Both the position numbers and the translations under genes were made by a program. A DNA stretch of 64,000 nt from Camelus ferus. Its lineage: Eukaryota. This document shows, piece after piece, positions 1 to 13,161 of this stretch (the stretch's first letter is position 1; each line of letters opens with the position of its first letter). The stretch lies in NCBI RefSeq assembly GCF_009834535.1, contig NC_045697.1:5024001-5088000 (forward strand). Reading direction: 5' to 3'. The notes beneath the pieces are model-generated. The model ran no database searches and was not told the origin of the DNA. It saw only the letters and a list, made by a program, of their open reading frames with translations.

Positions 1-309
1 CTCATATAGGAAGACGGGTGAGGGTAGAGAGTGAGACCCCTCACGCATGACATGCCAGCTTGGAGAAGGAGCCCACGGACATGGGAAGAGGTGCCCCTAC
101 CTTCTGAAGCCAAGAAAGGGCCTAGGAGACCCACAGCAGAGATCAGAGCTGCCTGCAAGAACAGGTGAACGAACGGCATTTTGGTCCCCTGGTTGCAGGT
201 CTGCTCAGACAGTGAGCCTGCTTCTTGCCCTTGTGCTGACCTGAACAGGGGCAAGAATGAGAGTGAGAGACATGGACCCATTAGATGGATTTAGGTTTGG
301 CCCCTAGAT

Positions 310-700
310 AATGATGGCTGGACAAAAGAAAGAAGTTTCTTTCTCTGCCGTGTAGAAATCTAGAGGTAGGCGACTGAGAGCCACCACAGCAGCTGGGCGT
401 CGTGAAGTCTCTGGGGAACCAGGTTCTCGGTAGCTCCCCACTCTGTCACCCCCAGGGCGTGGATTTCCATCCCCTAGGATGGGGCTCCAGGTGTCCTGTC
501 TCCATCAAAGCAGCCAGGTGGAAGAGAGGTGGAGGAAGAGGCAAAGAGTGTCAACATGGCTCATCAGAAGGTTCCTGGAAGTTGCCTTTGATATTTCTGC
601 TCACATCTCATTGGCCAGCGCCCAGTCCCATGATCACAGCTAACACAAGGCAGGCAGGCAACGTGGTGTTTGTTTGGAACAGCCACGTGCCCAGCTACCA
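310..700 (-). mobile_element. Ancient ERVL-MaLR LTR fragment (MLT1J/K-like)
   Basis: Contains 'tctgctcacatctcattggccag...ccatgatcacagctaacacaagg', resembling the recalled MLT1J/K consensus. Boundaries approximate. Confidence 0.55.
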
Positions 701-1019
701 CTGAACGCCGTGGGCCACGGGAAGACCAGACACTGGGCACAATTTACCGATTTTGCCACAGTGGGAAAGAGGAAGAGAATAGTGGGCGGGCAGCCCTCTC
801 CCTCCCAGCGTCTAACACAGAAAGGATGCGTGAGTCTCCTGTGCAGTGTCCCCGGGGGACACCAGCAGTGAGTTTTGGGAATGCCCTTCAGAGGACAGGA
901 ACAGAAGGAGGGGGAAGAAGGAAGGGCTGCTCTGAAACTCCCATGTCAGGGCCCTGCCAGACCCTCCCGAGGGACTCACTCATGCCCATGGGAGACGAGG
1001 CCACCTGCCACCAGGCCGG

Positions 1020-1205
1020 CCTGGGTCACCTCCCTTCTGACCTTGGGCATCGTGCTGCGCCTCTGCCTGAGTTTCCTCATTTATAACTTGGGGATAATGA
1101 CAGATCTAATTGAAGGGGGTGTTGTGAGCATTAAGTAAGTTCTTGAATGCAAATCCCTTAGCACCCGACCTGACCCGTGGTGAGCCTGCCGTGGTTATTA
1201 TTAGG
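1020..1205 (+). mobile_element. MIR SINE
   Basis: MIR core 'tgaccttgggc...gagtttcctcatttataacttggggataatgac...gttgtgagcattaagt' ending in 'ttattatta'. Confidence 0.8.
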
Positions 1206-2824
1206 CACCTCCATGGAAGGAGGGCCCATGGCCGGTCAGCGGACAGCAAAAGGACTAGCACAGCCAGTCAGTCCCTTTTTATCCCCCTCTTCTCTGACCT
1301 GATGCACTGGAGAAGTGAGAGACTTCAAAGAGCGAGGAACTGGCGGTGAGCATCTCCACACTCACATGCCACGGGGAGAGACAGGACAGAATGGAGAGGG
1401 CATACAAGCCCCTCCCCACCTAAGCATCCGGAGCCATACCTGGACAGCGACTGAGGCGGGGAAGCCTCTGGACCTTAAATGAGATGAGAGTTTTAAACTG
1501 GACTGTATTGGACTTTTGATTCCCAAAGTTTCCTAGAATGTGATGGGATCTACCCCAAACGGGATCTGCTATGCAACAGAGAAAGATCACTCATCACGGC
1601 ACAAATGGGCAAAGATTACAGAAAATGGAAATAATTTGATTTAAACAGCCCAACAAGCAGAAGTAACACAATAAACTAGTCATGCTCACATTTCCCTCCT
1701 AAAAGTTGACTTGTCCTTGGCCAAGTGTAGCATCCCCACAGTTGGTTCAAGTGTGACGTGACTAGGCCGAAGGAGCTTCCATGCTGGTGCAGGGGAGCTG
1801 CCAGCCCTGCAGCCCGCTGCTCTGTCCCTGGATGCAGTCCTCTCGCCAGCATCCTGTTCAGCGGTCCTCCAGCCTCCACTGAAAGGGGGTCCATGAAAGG
1901 CAACTACTCAGGGCCTGGCTAGGCTGTTAGCCACAGGTTGGACAGCTCTACATGCTTCTTCACGTGATGGACACCAGCCTCCCCATCACATCCACCCCTC
2001 TGCCCTCCAGGACCACACAGTTTAAGTACCTTTCCTCTTCCATTTGACAAATCAAAAGGCATAAAGAGCTTTTCCCAGAGCTGCCCTGGAGCATTTCTGA
2101 ATCCTGAAGAGTGAACGGCCTTTCGTTGTGCATTGACAAAGGAATCGTTAATGTCTTCTTAAAAAAAAAAAAAAAACCCATGTGTTACATTTCTCTCTTA
2201 GCTTAATTCTAGGGAGAAATGTGAATTCTTTCCAGGTGATAAGGGTGTTTTCTTTTTTGCTTCTGAAGTTAAAATCTAAATGTAGAGCGAAGGGACAGGG
2301 GAGGGACACTGAGGTCTGCAGATGTGGGCTGAAACTCCTCCCACCTCTTCCTGTCCTCATAAATCCCACAAGTGATTGAGCCTCCTGGGCTAGCGGTGAA
2401 TAATGCCTAACGGACCTGATGGCTGTGAGGATTAAATAGTGTGCATAATGCGCCCAGCTGAACCCTGTGGCGAAGCAGGCACGCCAACACTGGCAGCGAT
2501 CGTCAGGGCCACAGTGGGTAGTATTCACTCCGAATTTGCCTTTCAGACTTAGTAGTCCAGTAGTTTGGCACCAACTTCAACAAAGACGAGGTCAGGATTT
2601 GGACCCAAGTCTATCTCTGTGAAATGCCAGGTGCTTCTGCTCAACGCAAAACATTACAAAGAAGCCACCAAGAGTCCAGGTACGTCGATACCATTGGAGT
2701 CATCACCTGGGACGGGTGACTGGGCCATTCATGCCTCCTGACGAGCAAGTTTCCTTTTCTCCCTGGCACCGAGCATCTTCTTATACGCTATTTCACCCCA
2801 TCTCCACCATCACCAATGAGTGAC

Positions 2825-2935
2825 ATATACTCATCTCATTTGAAAGATGAGGAAAGTGAGGAATCGAAGAGATTAACCAGGCTTGTTCCAGTGACTTAGG
2901 GAGCAGGTGGCAGAGCCAGGCTCCAAACTCAGTTT
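2825..2935 (-). mobile_element. MIR SINE fragment
   Basis: 'catttgaaagatgaggaaagtgagg...ggtggcagagccaggctccaaactcag' is the reverse MIR core. Confidence 0.7.
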
Positions 2936-3919
2936 TATTTAATAAATATTTCACTCTGTTTTAATTTCTCTGCCTTGTTAAATCCTTCAGGAAGGTAAGA
3001 GGTGGGTAGATGTGACAAATGTATAGAGGGACTGAGAGGACACACTCAAGGCTTGGCACTCTTGGACATGCTCTCTTTATTCTGCACAGGATCCTTGTGG
3101 CTGTCATCACCACCCCGATTTCTGAGGAAGAAAACTGGATTGAGGCTCAGGGGAGTGAAGCAACTTTCCACTGAGAGCATGGCTAGGGATTCTATCTCAG
3201 AACCTGGACTCTGGGCTCACTGCCTTCCATGCCCTCAGTCTATTAATGTCATCCCAGGTCCTTTTGGAAGTAGATCTGGGGTATCCCTACATCTCAGAGA
3301 AATACACACTAAGCAGGGGGGACCTGTCTAGCGTCTGCTCAGCTGTGAGTTGCCCACAAATTTTCATGCATATCTGCAGACATCACTGAGCGCAGCAGTG
3401 CCAGGCCACAATTCTGAATCAGCCCCTGTAACACTGCCCTTTAAAATCCCTAGCCCTCAGCCATCTGATTCACAGCAGCACACCTTTGCAGCACACACAC
3501 ACGTACACGTACACACACACACTCACTCTTGAGAACTTCCTCTTCCCCAGTGACTCACTAATCAGTCTCTTTTGAAAAATGAGTAATATCGACACCGAAG
3601 ACAGCTCCCCAGCTGACTTTTCACCGCCCCGCAGGGAAACGTGTGCCGAAACATTAAGAAATACCACCCGCTGCCAACCTCAATAGAAACTCGCCGTGTG
3701 TTCATACAACTGGTGAGGCTGAAGGTTTTCAAACACGAACATCTCTTCTCCAGCCCAGCATCTAATTTCACTGCTATAGAACAGAATCTTACTTGACATG
3801 CAGCTTTTTAAGAATGCAGGGAAACAGGATGAATGCTGAAAACAAGTACAGAATTTTCAAATAGGAATGAAACCAGGTATACTTCGGGTTTAATTTAGAG
3901 AACGCTTAGAGGTCCTTAT

Positions 3920-5020
3920 TATTCAACTTAGTCACTGCTTTGAGATATGTCAAGAACCCACTGTGTGCCAGGCACCGCGTTAACCCTTAAAGGGAGCAAG
4001 ATGCATCACAAGAGGCACATGAATAAACCCACAGTCTGGGGAAGGAGGTAGAGAGGACAGGCACTTCTACGACTGGAGCTGCCCAAGTTCAGCGGAAACA
4101 CAGACCGGGAAATAACTGTGCCGTTACGAAGGAAGGCTTTTCAAGGAAGGAAGTATATTTCCCAGGAAGAGCTGATAAGAGAGTGGTACTCAGGCAGACA
4201 GCACACGGAAAGTATGGAGGCCTAAAAGGGTTCGTGTGGGCGCCGACTAGAGCAGCGTGCTTTTTTCTACTCAGCAGTTTTCTGCCTCCTTCTAGCTCCT
4301 TTGGGGAACCCTTCCCCCATCATGAGGGTTGTCCATGGGGCTCAGACCGTGGGTACCACAGCTCAAGTATCAATTAGACTATTTCATTCTTCTGCCTATA
4401 GGAATTCAGTCAGGAGAGCCATGTGACCTGAGCAAACCAATCAGAAGTGTCTTGGGGATAGTCACGTGATTCAAGCAGAACCAATCAGGGGTTTGTCTGG
4501 GACAGTCATGTGACTCAGCAGAATCAACCAGGCTTCTCTGGGGTTGATCTGTGAGTCTGGTGAAGGACAGGACCTGCTTCCGCTGTGGTGGTCCAGCTGG
4601 GCACAGGGCAGCGTGGGGCTGCTGGCAGCCACAGTGCTCACCCACTGGAGAGAGCTTGTTTGCCAAATGAAGTCGGCAGACAGCTACAAAACAAGACCTA
4701 CCTTTCTCTCTCTCTCCCTTTCTCTGAGACAGAGCTTCAGCCATATCAGATATGCTCAACTTCTAAATTTTTTAAGTTAAAATTCCTTCCTTCTTAAACT
4801 GGTTCAATTTGAGCCTCTATCACTCTGAATTGATCTAAACAACTGTGACAACTCCCGACAGCGTGGAGGGACTAGTGGGCAGAGTGAGAATTAAGGGTCA
4901 AAGTATGAACAACAGGGCAAAGGCATTCAGACTTTGTTCTGTGGGCAATGGGAGTCAGGGAGCATTTTTAAGAAGCGAAGTGACATGGTTTGTTTTGTTT
5001 TAGAAAGATGTCTCCATCCA
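3920..5020 (-). mobile_element. L2 LINE fragment, interrupted by an LTR at ~4250-4830
   Basis: L2 3' signature 'ccactgtgtgccaggcacc' near 3960. L2 resumes at ~4860-5020 ('gactttgttctgtgggcaatgggag...gtgacatggtttgttttgttttagaaagat'). Confidence 0.6.
4250..4830 (+). mobile_element. Ancient ERVL/MaLR-class LTR (MLT1-like) with three internal E-box+CCAAT units
   Basis: Repeated 'catgtgac...ccaatcag' units and an LTR-like 3' end 'ttccttcttaaactggttcaatttgagcctctatcact'. Confidence 0.55.
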
Positions 5021-5629
5021 GGGAATGAGTCAGGATGTCTTCCATTCATTAGTTCATGCAAATATTACGAGAGCTTCTACTGAGTGGGAGAGGAGAGAAA
5101 AGGATGCGTGTTTTGAAACTGATAATTTCATCTGAATATGCCAGGAGGCAGTTTCCCTCTTTAGTAACTAAGAGTATTCAATTAGCGATGAATATTGAAT
5201 TTTTCTACGTCAAACAATGGAGTAAACACAGGAACATCTCTCACAGAGCCAAAACCCCCATAGGTACCAGGACACGTGTCACGATTAGCTAGCACATCAA
5301 TAAATTAAGGGACACAGGAACAGCCACAATAGGGAAGCTGGCCAAAAACGTCTTTCCACATCTAATTCTTCGGCTGGTCAGCGCAGCTTTGCTCTGGATA
5401 ATATCTTCATAGCCCTGAACTAAAAGTCATTCTGTTTTGGTAGAAGCCTCCACCTCTGACAATTCTTATAATACCTAAAAGAAGCAATGCCAGGCAGCAG
5501 GGCGCAGTAACCGAGCAGAGGCCGCAGGGCGAGCACAAGGCTGCAGTCTGCCTTTGGTGTGCAAGTTCTGCCCAGAGCCCACAGGAGAAGCATCACTCAG
5601 GCCTCGGTCTCTGAGCCCGAACACCACCA

Positions 5630-5780
5630 ACAAGACCTGCTTCCAGCCCTGGCTGACCCTGCCCCCTTGACAAGTCACAGCCTCTCTCTGAACCTCCATT
5701 TTCTCCATCTATAAAATAAGTAGACCCATAAGATACTGTCTATACTAAAGAATTGTTGCATGAATTATATGAAACAATAC
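5630..5780 (+). mobile_element. MIR SINE fragment
   Basis: 'cttgacaagtcacagcctctctctgaacctccattttctccatctataaaataag'. Confidence 0.7.
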
Positions 5781-5863
5781 AAGACTCTCTAAAGTTAAAA
5801 TGTTTGAATTTCAAAATATTTATGTAGAAGATGTATTTATACAAAAGATGTATAGTATAATCT

Positions 5864-6398
5864 TGTAATCGGGGAGAACAAATCTGACTCTGGATTGGGT
5901 CTGTTTCTTTTACTCTAACCTGTCTTCCACCGCTTTTGCTACAAGTTCATCCCTAAAGGGATGCTGCCGTGAGCTTAAATGATACATAATGGCCCATCTC
6001 CGGGAACCCTGACTCCCAGAGTTTAAATGATACACAGTGGCCCATCTCTGGGAAGCCTGCCTCCCAGGTAATGAGCATTAAGCTAAAATACCTTTGTGTA
6101 GCTCACAGTAAACACCCTTAGCAGGCCCACCTGTGACTGACCGCAGGCAGGAAGAAACTAACACATCCCTTCCAGAGGCCGATGGGAACCAAGAAATGTC
6201 TGCCTTTACTCCCTCCCCTTTTAATATAAAAGAAGCTTGAATTCTAACTCAGGCAAGATGGTTCTTTGGGACACTGGCCCATCATCTTTTCGGCCTGCTG
6301 GTTTTCCGAATAAAGTCACTATTCCTTGCCCCTACAACTTGTCTCTCGATTTGCTGGCCTGGTGCGTGGCAAGCAGCATGAACTTGGATTTGTTAACA
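5864..6398 (+). mobile_element. ERV1-class solo LTR (tentatively MER41-like artiodactyl family)
   Basis: TG...CA termini (tgtaatc...ttaaca), TATA-like 'aatataaaa' at ~6223, AATAAA at 6309-6314, imperfect 4-bp TSD (atct/atat). Colinear with the copy at 19010. Confidence 0.85.
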
Positions 6399-8034
6399 AT
6401 ATTACAGGCATTCCATGGTCACCTGTCAAATGGTCTTGACAGGCCCTGTGTTACAGGCACTGGGACTGAACTGATGATGATAACATGGTTCCAAGTTTGT
6501 AGGGACTGAAATCAAGTGGGAGAAATATACTAACTGAAGACTACAGGGATGGCCGCTGTGATAGTGGAGGTCTGTATGAGGTACTTCAGTGGCAGAGAGG
6601 ACAAAGCATGGAACGCTAACATGCTTCCCTCTGAAGTCATAGTAGCCGTCACGGGGGGGGGGGACAGTGCTGGAGCTGGCAGTGACATCACAACAACAGT
6701 GTTACAGGGAAACCACCAGGAAGGACGGAGGTTGGAGTGATGGAAGCCCGAAGCATAACCAGCTAGACCAGGAGGCTGTGCCCACCACGTGCCTGTTGGC
6801 GGTCTGCTCCACTTCCTGTTCTTTTCTGTATCACAGGGACCACATGTCCTGGGTATCCTTGTCTTCTGCTTTCCAGCTGGTTTGGCCCTATGGCGGAAGA
6901 CTGGAGGGTGGTTGTTGGGAGAAGCGAGGATGTTTCTTTGGGTGGCACCCCTGGCAAGGCTGCATCTTCTCCATGTTGTTATTCTGACTTGTATCACACA
7001 GTCCCTGCCTCCACCTTACTGCCCAGCTCCAGCTCTCACTGAGCAGATCCTCTGAGGGTTTAGCTCCACTGCAGGAACCTGGCTCCACGACTCCGTGACA
7101 TCCTGCTCCCTACTTCCCTGCCCCCGTGTCCCTCCAGCTCTGGGTATGTAGCAGGTACCTGCTGCTGCTATCTCTTTGTTGCTTTATCATCCCTTATTTG
7201 CTCCTCGATTCAGAAAGCATACATTCACGTCATCAATTCCTTGTCATCTGCCTGCACCCTGGCCTATATATAAAGGCCCATGACTTAGTCCAAGTGAGAG
7301 ACGGTGATGGATGGAGGCAGAGAGATGAACCAGGAGGATTTTGAACTTCAGTGGATGTGGGACTAAAAGAGAGGAGATTTGGGGGATGGTTCCCCAGATG
7401 ACAGGACCTGGCAATTTGCAAATAGATCATAAGTGCATAAGGGCTTAAATTTATTCATTCCATTCCTGGGGTTCAGCTGACTGTCTGTAATTTGTTTGTG
7501 TCTTCAGATCTGCAATTCCAACCTGAAGTCAAGGAATGGATGTAAAATTTCCACCTCAGCACTAAGGAGAGTTCCTGCAATATGTAATTTTTATTGCTTT
7601 TTCGAAAAAATAATTAACAGTGTTCTATATATCTTGATGTGATTTAACCTTTCATATTAAAGAAAGCTTGTTTACTTTTGAGAAAGAAAGTTGGTTTCTG
7701 CATTAAAATATTCAGAATTTGCAAGTGCCTCCCATGGTGGTGGAAAGGAAGCAAACTCAATTCGTGTGAGTACTAGAGGTTAATTCTAACGGTTAATATC
7801 CTCCAAACTAAAATACTGGTCTCAATCTTTCCTTGTAAATTGGTATCACATGACATTAACATCTGTAGCCGTCTCCCAACTGGCTGCCTTGATCTATACC
7901 TCTGCCCCTTAGAATGCCTGCTGTGTAAGGATGCTATATGTTCTCTTCTGAGAATACGCTTCCCGTGGTCTGCAGAAGAGTGTGAATTCTTTAGTCCATC
8001 AGTTGAAGTTCTTCAACATAAAACTCTAGCCCAG

Positions 8035-8561
8035 GCAGTTCCCCAAAAAATTAAAAATAGAATTATCACAGGACCCAGCAATTCCACTCCTGGGTCTGTG
8101 CCTCAAAAAATTGCTTACAGTAGCATCCACCACAATATCCAAAAGGTGGAAGCCAACCAAATGTCCAGAAACATATGAATGGATAAACAAAATGTGGTTT
8201 ATACAGACAATGGAATATTATTGAGCTTTAAAAATGAAAGAAATTCGGACACGGGCTACAATATGGGTGAACCTTGAGGATATTATGCTAATAAGCCAGT
8301 CATAACAAGACAAACACTGTAGGGGTCCACTGATGTGCAGTCCCTAGAATCAAACTCCTAGAGGCAGAACATAGAACAGTGGTTGCTGAGGGGAAGCGGG
8401 AATGTGTTCGTTCTGAGTTTCAGTTTGGGAAGATGGAATAATTCTGGAGACTGGCTGTACAACAATGTGAATGTACTTAGCGTGACTGAACTGTACACTT
8501 ACAAATGGTTAAGGTGGTAAAGTTCATGTTATGCGTACTTCAACACACACACACAATAAAC
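8035..8561 (+). mobile_element. 5'-truncated L1MB-type 3' end with TSD
   Basis: 'gacccagcaattccactcctggg', 'atgtgaatgtacttagcgtgactgaactgtacactt' and AATAAA. Flanked by aactctagc(c/t)cag at 8022-8034 and 8562-8574. Confidence 0.85.
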
Positions 8562-9169
8562 AACTCTAGCTCAGCTTTTCCAGCTTCATCCTCTCCATCA
8601 GCTGTGGGGCTAGCAAGGTGATGTCTACCCAGCATACCTGAGCTTCCTGCACATATGATCAGGCTGGGCCCTGCATCAGTTACGCCTTCCCATGCACAGC
8701 AGCTGCAAGGATTAGAAAAGGCTAGCCCCTCACAGCAGAATACACACCCCTCCTAATGCACAAAGGGTCCTCTAATGCCTCCTGGCACCCCCTCCCTAGG
8801 GAGGGCTCACAGTGCCATTGCCCCTCACTTGGGAATTTTTCCCTCAAAGTATGTGGGGCTCTCTGCTCTGTTTTACTGTCATTTGTAAGCATACCTGATC
8901 TCCTCTCAACTGGGCACGGAGTGCTCTGAAGATTGCTATGGTTCCACCCCAATCATGTTACTCCAGAACAAAGCATTGGATCTGGCACCTTGCAGTGGAA
9001 TTTGTCAAATGGGCAACAAGTGATCTTTGAGTCTCTTTCCAGGTAACTGAACTGAGGTTGGTTTGGCCAAAAGAGGTACTAGGGCAGGTTATCCGAGTTT
9101 CCATCGAAATGTTTCTCTGATCTCCAGCAAAAGCCTTGGCTTCTCTTCATCTGTAGAGAGAGGAAGCCC

Positions 9170-9900
9170 TTCCCTCCTCCTCCCGCCTACAATCCATCTT
9201 CCGCACAGCAGCCAGAATGACCCTGTGGGAAGCAGCCAGCGTGCACCTCTATTGAAGCCATAGATCAAATCATGTAACTCCTCTGCTGAAAATGGGGCAA
9301 TAGCTTTCCACTCTGTCAGGGTAGAAGCCGAAGACGATGAATCCCTACTGCCCTCTGTCTCATCTCTCCCCTGGCCTCACCTCCGCCCCCTCCCAGATGC
9401 TCACGCAGCAACAGCCACGCTGGTCTCCTCCCTCTTCCTGAGACACGCCGAGCACACTCCCATCTCGGCGCCTCTGCACCTGCACCTGGAAGGGTTGCCC
9501 TGAGATAGCCACGTCCCAGCCCTCATGTCCTCCAGCTCTGCTCACAAGCCCCTGAATCAGAGAGGTCTTTCTCTGACCACTCTCCATAAAGCAGCAGCAA
9601 GCCAGACCCCCGCCTCTGGTCCTCCCTATGTTGCCACAGAATTTGACACTTATCATCCCCTAACATATTATGTACACATCTGTTTGTTGTCTTCCTCTCT
9701 CTACTAGAATATATGCACCAAGAAGGCAGAAGCTTGATCTGCTGTTCACTGCTGCATCCTTAGCCTGAAGTGATGTAGGTACCTGGTAAGTCACTACTGA
9801 GTGGTTGGATGCATGTGTGCATAGATGGATGGATGGATGGATAGATGGGTGCACGGATGCACAGATGGAGGGACGAATGGACAATGAATGAATGAATGAC
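9170..9900 (+). mobile_element. L2a-like LINE 3' end with (TGGA)n/(TGAA)n tail
   Basis: 'cagcagccagaatga', 'atcatgtaactcctctgctgaaaa' and 'ctgttcactgctgcatcc', ending 'tgaatgaatgaatga'. Confidence 0.8.
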
Positions 9901-11329
9901 TGCAGAGGTATCACATCCAGCCCAAGGAAGCTAATGCAGAGAGCCACAGTAGGTCTCACCAACCTGGAAATATGCAAAACCTACACCACCTTCCTCTCTT
10001 CTTTCTTAATCTCAACCCCCAACTGACTTCAAGGAATTATTTCAACAATCCTTGTCACAACTGTCGTAAGAGAAAGCCCAGGTTTAACACCCTTGGGCTC
10101 AAAGTCCTGCCCAAGAAGACCTGATGCAAGCCGACCCTGTTCTGGTGTCAATCCCCCCTGCTGGAAAAATGTTCTCCACCACCCGTGCCTGTTAAAATGC
10201 CATTCGGACTCAAAGCCCAGCTCCTCCGTAAGCCCAGGCAAGGCATGAAGCAGTCTGACCTCTCATTTCTCAGAACTATCGGAGTACTTTGTGCCCCCTC
10301 CCTCTCTCATGATTCATATTCTTTCTAGCCCTGTATTTCCTTCACTTGCTAAAAGGCAGGGGGAGGGGAGGCTGCACTGCATTGTAATAAGATGTATACA
10401 TCTTACTACATCTTATATATATCTCTGCAACTGTGCTTATAGATTTGTAAATATATATAGCACTAAATATGGTATTGCTTCTCTCACCAGGAATAAGGTC
10501 TTGAGTCGTTTTACTGTCTTAATGTGTCTGTCCTTAATGCCCAAGAGTTGAAATTTCTCCGTTATTGCGTATTGAATGACTTCATGAAGGAATAAAGGAT
10601 TCTTCTCAGGGAAGGGATTCAGAGCTGGAGGGAACAGCTTGGGAATAAGGCTTCAAAAACCTTCGTGTTCTCACTGCAGGCTGACATTTCTGGAAATGTC
10701 GACCCGATTTCCTGACACTGCATTCATTGTCTTCCTTTTGAACATCTTCTGTAAAACAGCCTCTAATTTATTGGATCCTTTCAGAGATGTGTTTTCTGCT
10801 TTCAAATTCGGCTCCCAGATTTCATTCTAGTTTCTTTGACGTTAAGTTGAGACCCAAGTCCTTATTTCTAAAATTTATTATCTAACATAAACACTCTCCA
10901 CCCAACTGCAGGAGTAATTTATACCCTGGAGATGGAACAATCCCTTTAAGGAATAAATAGGATTCTCTTGTGTCTCACTTTTTTTATCATCACAAAGCCA
11001 TAAATTCTCAAAATGCTTGCCCGTAACAGAAGGGAAAGCAAGCTTTGTGCTTAGAAATAACGAAGTTACTCCTGAAATTGAATTGGAATTTTCATCCTAA
11101 ATGACACTTTTGCATGTCTTCAATTTTTTTTTCCCCATCTGAAACTTCCTTTCTCATTGCTATGACCCTGGTCCCAAGAGGAGCGGAGAAGGGTTGCTGA
11201 AGTGTTTCTTCTTTAACCTGATAAGAACTGGCAGTTTATTCTGGGCGCAGCGTTGACAGAGAGGGGTGGGGAGGATATTTGCAATACAAAAATAGGTCAT
11301 ATCAGTTTTAGCCTTTCTTTATTAATTAT

Positions 11330-11550
11330 CATTATTTCATTAGGGCTCTCACTGAAGGCTTAGGATGTGTGAGGCAGGCATTACGCTCTGAGTGCTACAC
11401 GGGTCATTTCATCCCTTCTCACATAAGTCCATTTCAAAGATGACAAAACTGAGGACTGAGAAGACAAACTTTGCTCAGCTCTCACATTTGGCTTAAGTGG
11501 TGGCGTTAGGATTTTCCAATCCAGGCAGTCCAATCTCAAGCTCATGTTTT
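11330..11550 (-). mobile_element. MIR SINE
   Basis: 'ccatttcaaagatgacaaaactgaggactgagaag...ccaggcagtccaatctcaag'. Confidence 0.65.
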
Positions 11551-11889
11551 ATAGACCAATTGTAAGTCTAAAGCACCAAAATTTAGGACGATGTTAAAGT
11601 GATGTTTATAGCCCTGATTTTTAATCAAATGTTTTTGCTTTTCTAAGATACTTGCCCCCCACAACCCAACTATATAGTTTTCAACAAATATCTAGAAAAA
11701 CATATATAAGGGGAACATCAGCTAATTTAAATCAGTATTAAAAACACACTAATTTCTATAGAAAATTACTAAATTGCACATCTGAATATACAAATGCTTA
11801 TGGATGTAGCCATAAAGAAAACAGCACTATTATAAAAAAGTCAAAATTAGCAAAAAACAAAGTCAAACACCTTCCCTTTAGAGAGAAAG

Positions 11890-12430
11890 TTATGCTTTGA
11901 TTTTCTTCATTAAAAGGATGACATGCTCATTAAAGAAACTTTCAAACTAGAAAAAAAGGAAAGGAAAATCTCCCTCCAATCCCAGTGCGTTGGAAAACTG
12001 AGTCTTTTTTGTTTTCATAAACAGACATTTCTTTACATAGTCATGCAATTTTATAAGCTATAATTTTCTTACAAGATCATAAAAATAACCCCTTTTAATA
12101 CTACAGGAGTTTCATAGTGAGACCTATATATGTGCGTGTATCATAGTCTCAAGTCTCTTCAAAACAGGTATACAACTGGCTGAGCCGATTTCCTTCCTTT
12201 AGCTTTTTTCAAAACTATCGGTTACCGTAAGCGATGCTGTAATAATGTGTCTTCATGCTTAGAATTTTTTATGCCGGCCGGACTGGAGCCTTCTAGTGCA
12301 TTCCAAGAAGTGAAACCAGTGGGTCAGAGTGTCTGAATGTTTTAAAAGTACTTGATTCTTATTGCCAAATATCTTTCCAAAAGGGTTCTCACAATTCCTA
12401 CTGCTGCCGGCACACACATTCACAATGCCC
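11890..12430 (-). mobile_element. Ancient L1ME-like 3' fragment
   Basis: 'ccaagaagtgaaaccagtgggtcagag...attgccaaatatctttccaaaaggg' matches the reverse L1ME 3' region. Confidence 0.55.
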
Positions 12431-12569
12431 AGGGAACATTCTTCTAGAATGCTCTGTCTTGGGGACTCTCCCCTTCTCCCCAGAGCAACGTCCAACCTAG
12501 AAGCTACATTTCCCAAAAGCCTGAATGATCCCGAAGCCAGTTTTTATGACTCCTTTATGTTCCCTATCA

Positions 12570-12726
12570 CTTTATTTTGTTTTTATTTTTCTTTTTTTGT
12601 CCAGGGGTGTGGGGGGGTAGGTAATTAGGTTTATTTATTTATTTTTAATGGAGGTACCGGGGATTGAACCCAGGACCTTGTGCACGCTGAGCACACACTC
12701 TACCACTGGGCTCTCCCCTCGCCTCC
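12570..12726 (-). mobile_element. tRNA-derived camelid SINE (Vic-1-like)
   Basis: Minus strand reads an A-box-like 'agcccagtggtagag', a B-box 'gggttcaatccc', then 'tccattaaaaataaataaataaacctaattacc' and an A-rich tail, as recalled for camelid SINEs. Confidence 0.85.
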
Positions 12727-12789
12727 AAGTGTACATGTGAGTGGAGAACTTGACTGCCACTTATTATCAGCACGGAGACAGTGAGAGCT

Positions 12790-12970
12790 TGGTGACTTGC
12801 GGTGTCCACTTACTGTTCGCTCCCAGGCAAGGTCTCACCTGTAAAGCGGGGCTGATAACAGGCCCCGCCTCCGCTGGCTGCTGTTGGGATTGGAGGAGGT
12901 CACACCTGCCGAGAACTTAACACAGAGCCTGGCACATGCCGAGCACTCAGCGAAGGTCAGTCTCCATCAC
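12790..12970 (+). mobile_element. MIR SINE
   Basis: 'tctcacctgtaaagcggggctgataac...gaacttaacacagagcctggcacatg'. Confidence 0.7.
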
Positions 12971-13160
12971 GGGCGTAGCATCTTACAGACAGGGTGATTT
13001 CTGTTAACTTCCAATCACAGATTCCAAATATGGGGACGATGCTCTGCATTTAAATTCTTACTGCACATAAATATGCACAAAGCTCAGTTTCAAGCCCTGC
13101 TCTGTGGAGTGCTCCGCTCCTCACACTGGTCCCACCCAAGGATTTAAAGGGTCCCAAATG

Positions 13161-13161
<1 letters not shown>

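Noticed and set aside
12640..12726. tRNA gene
   Set aside because: The A/B boxes belong to the SINE head, which continues into the SINE body and A-rich tail.
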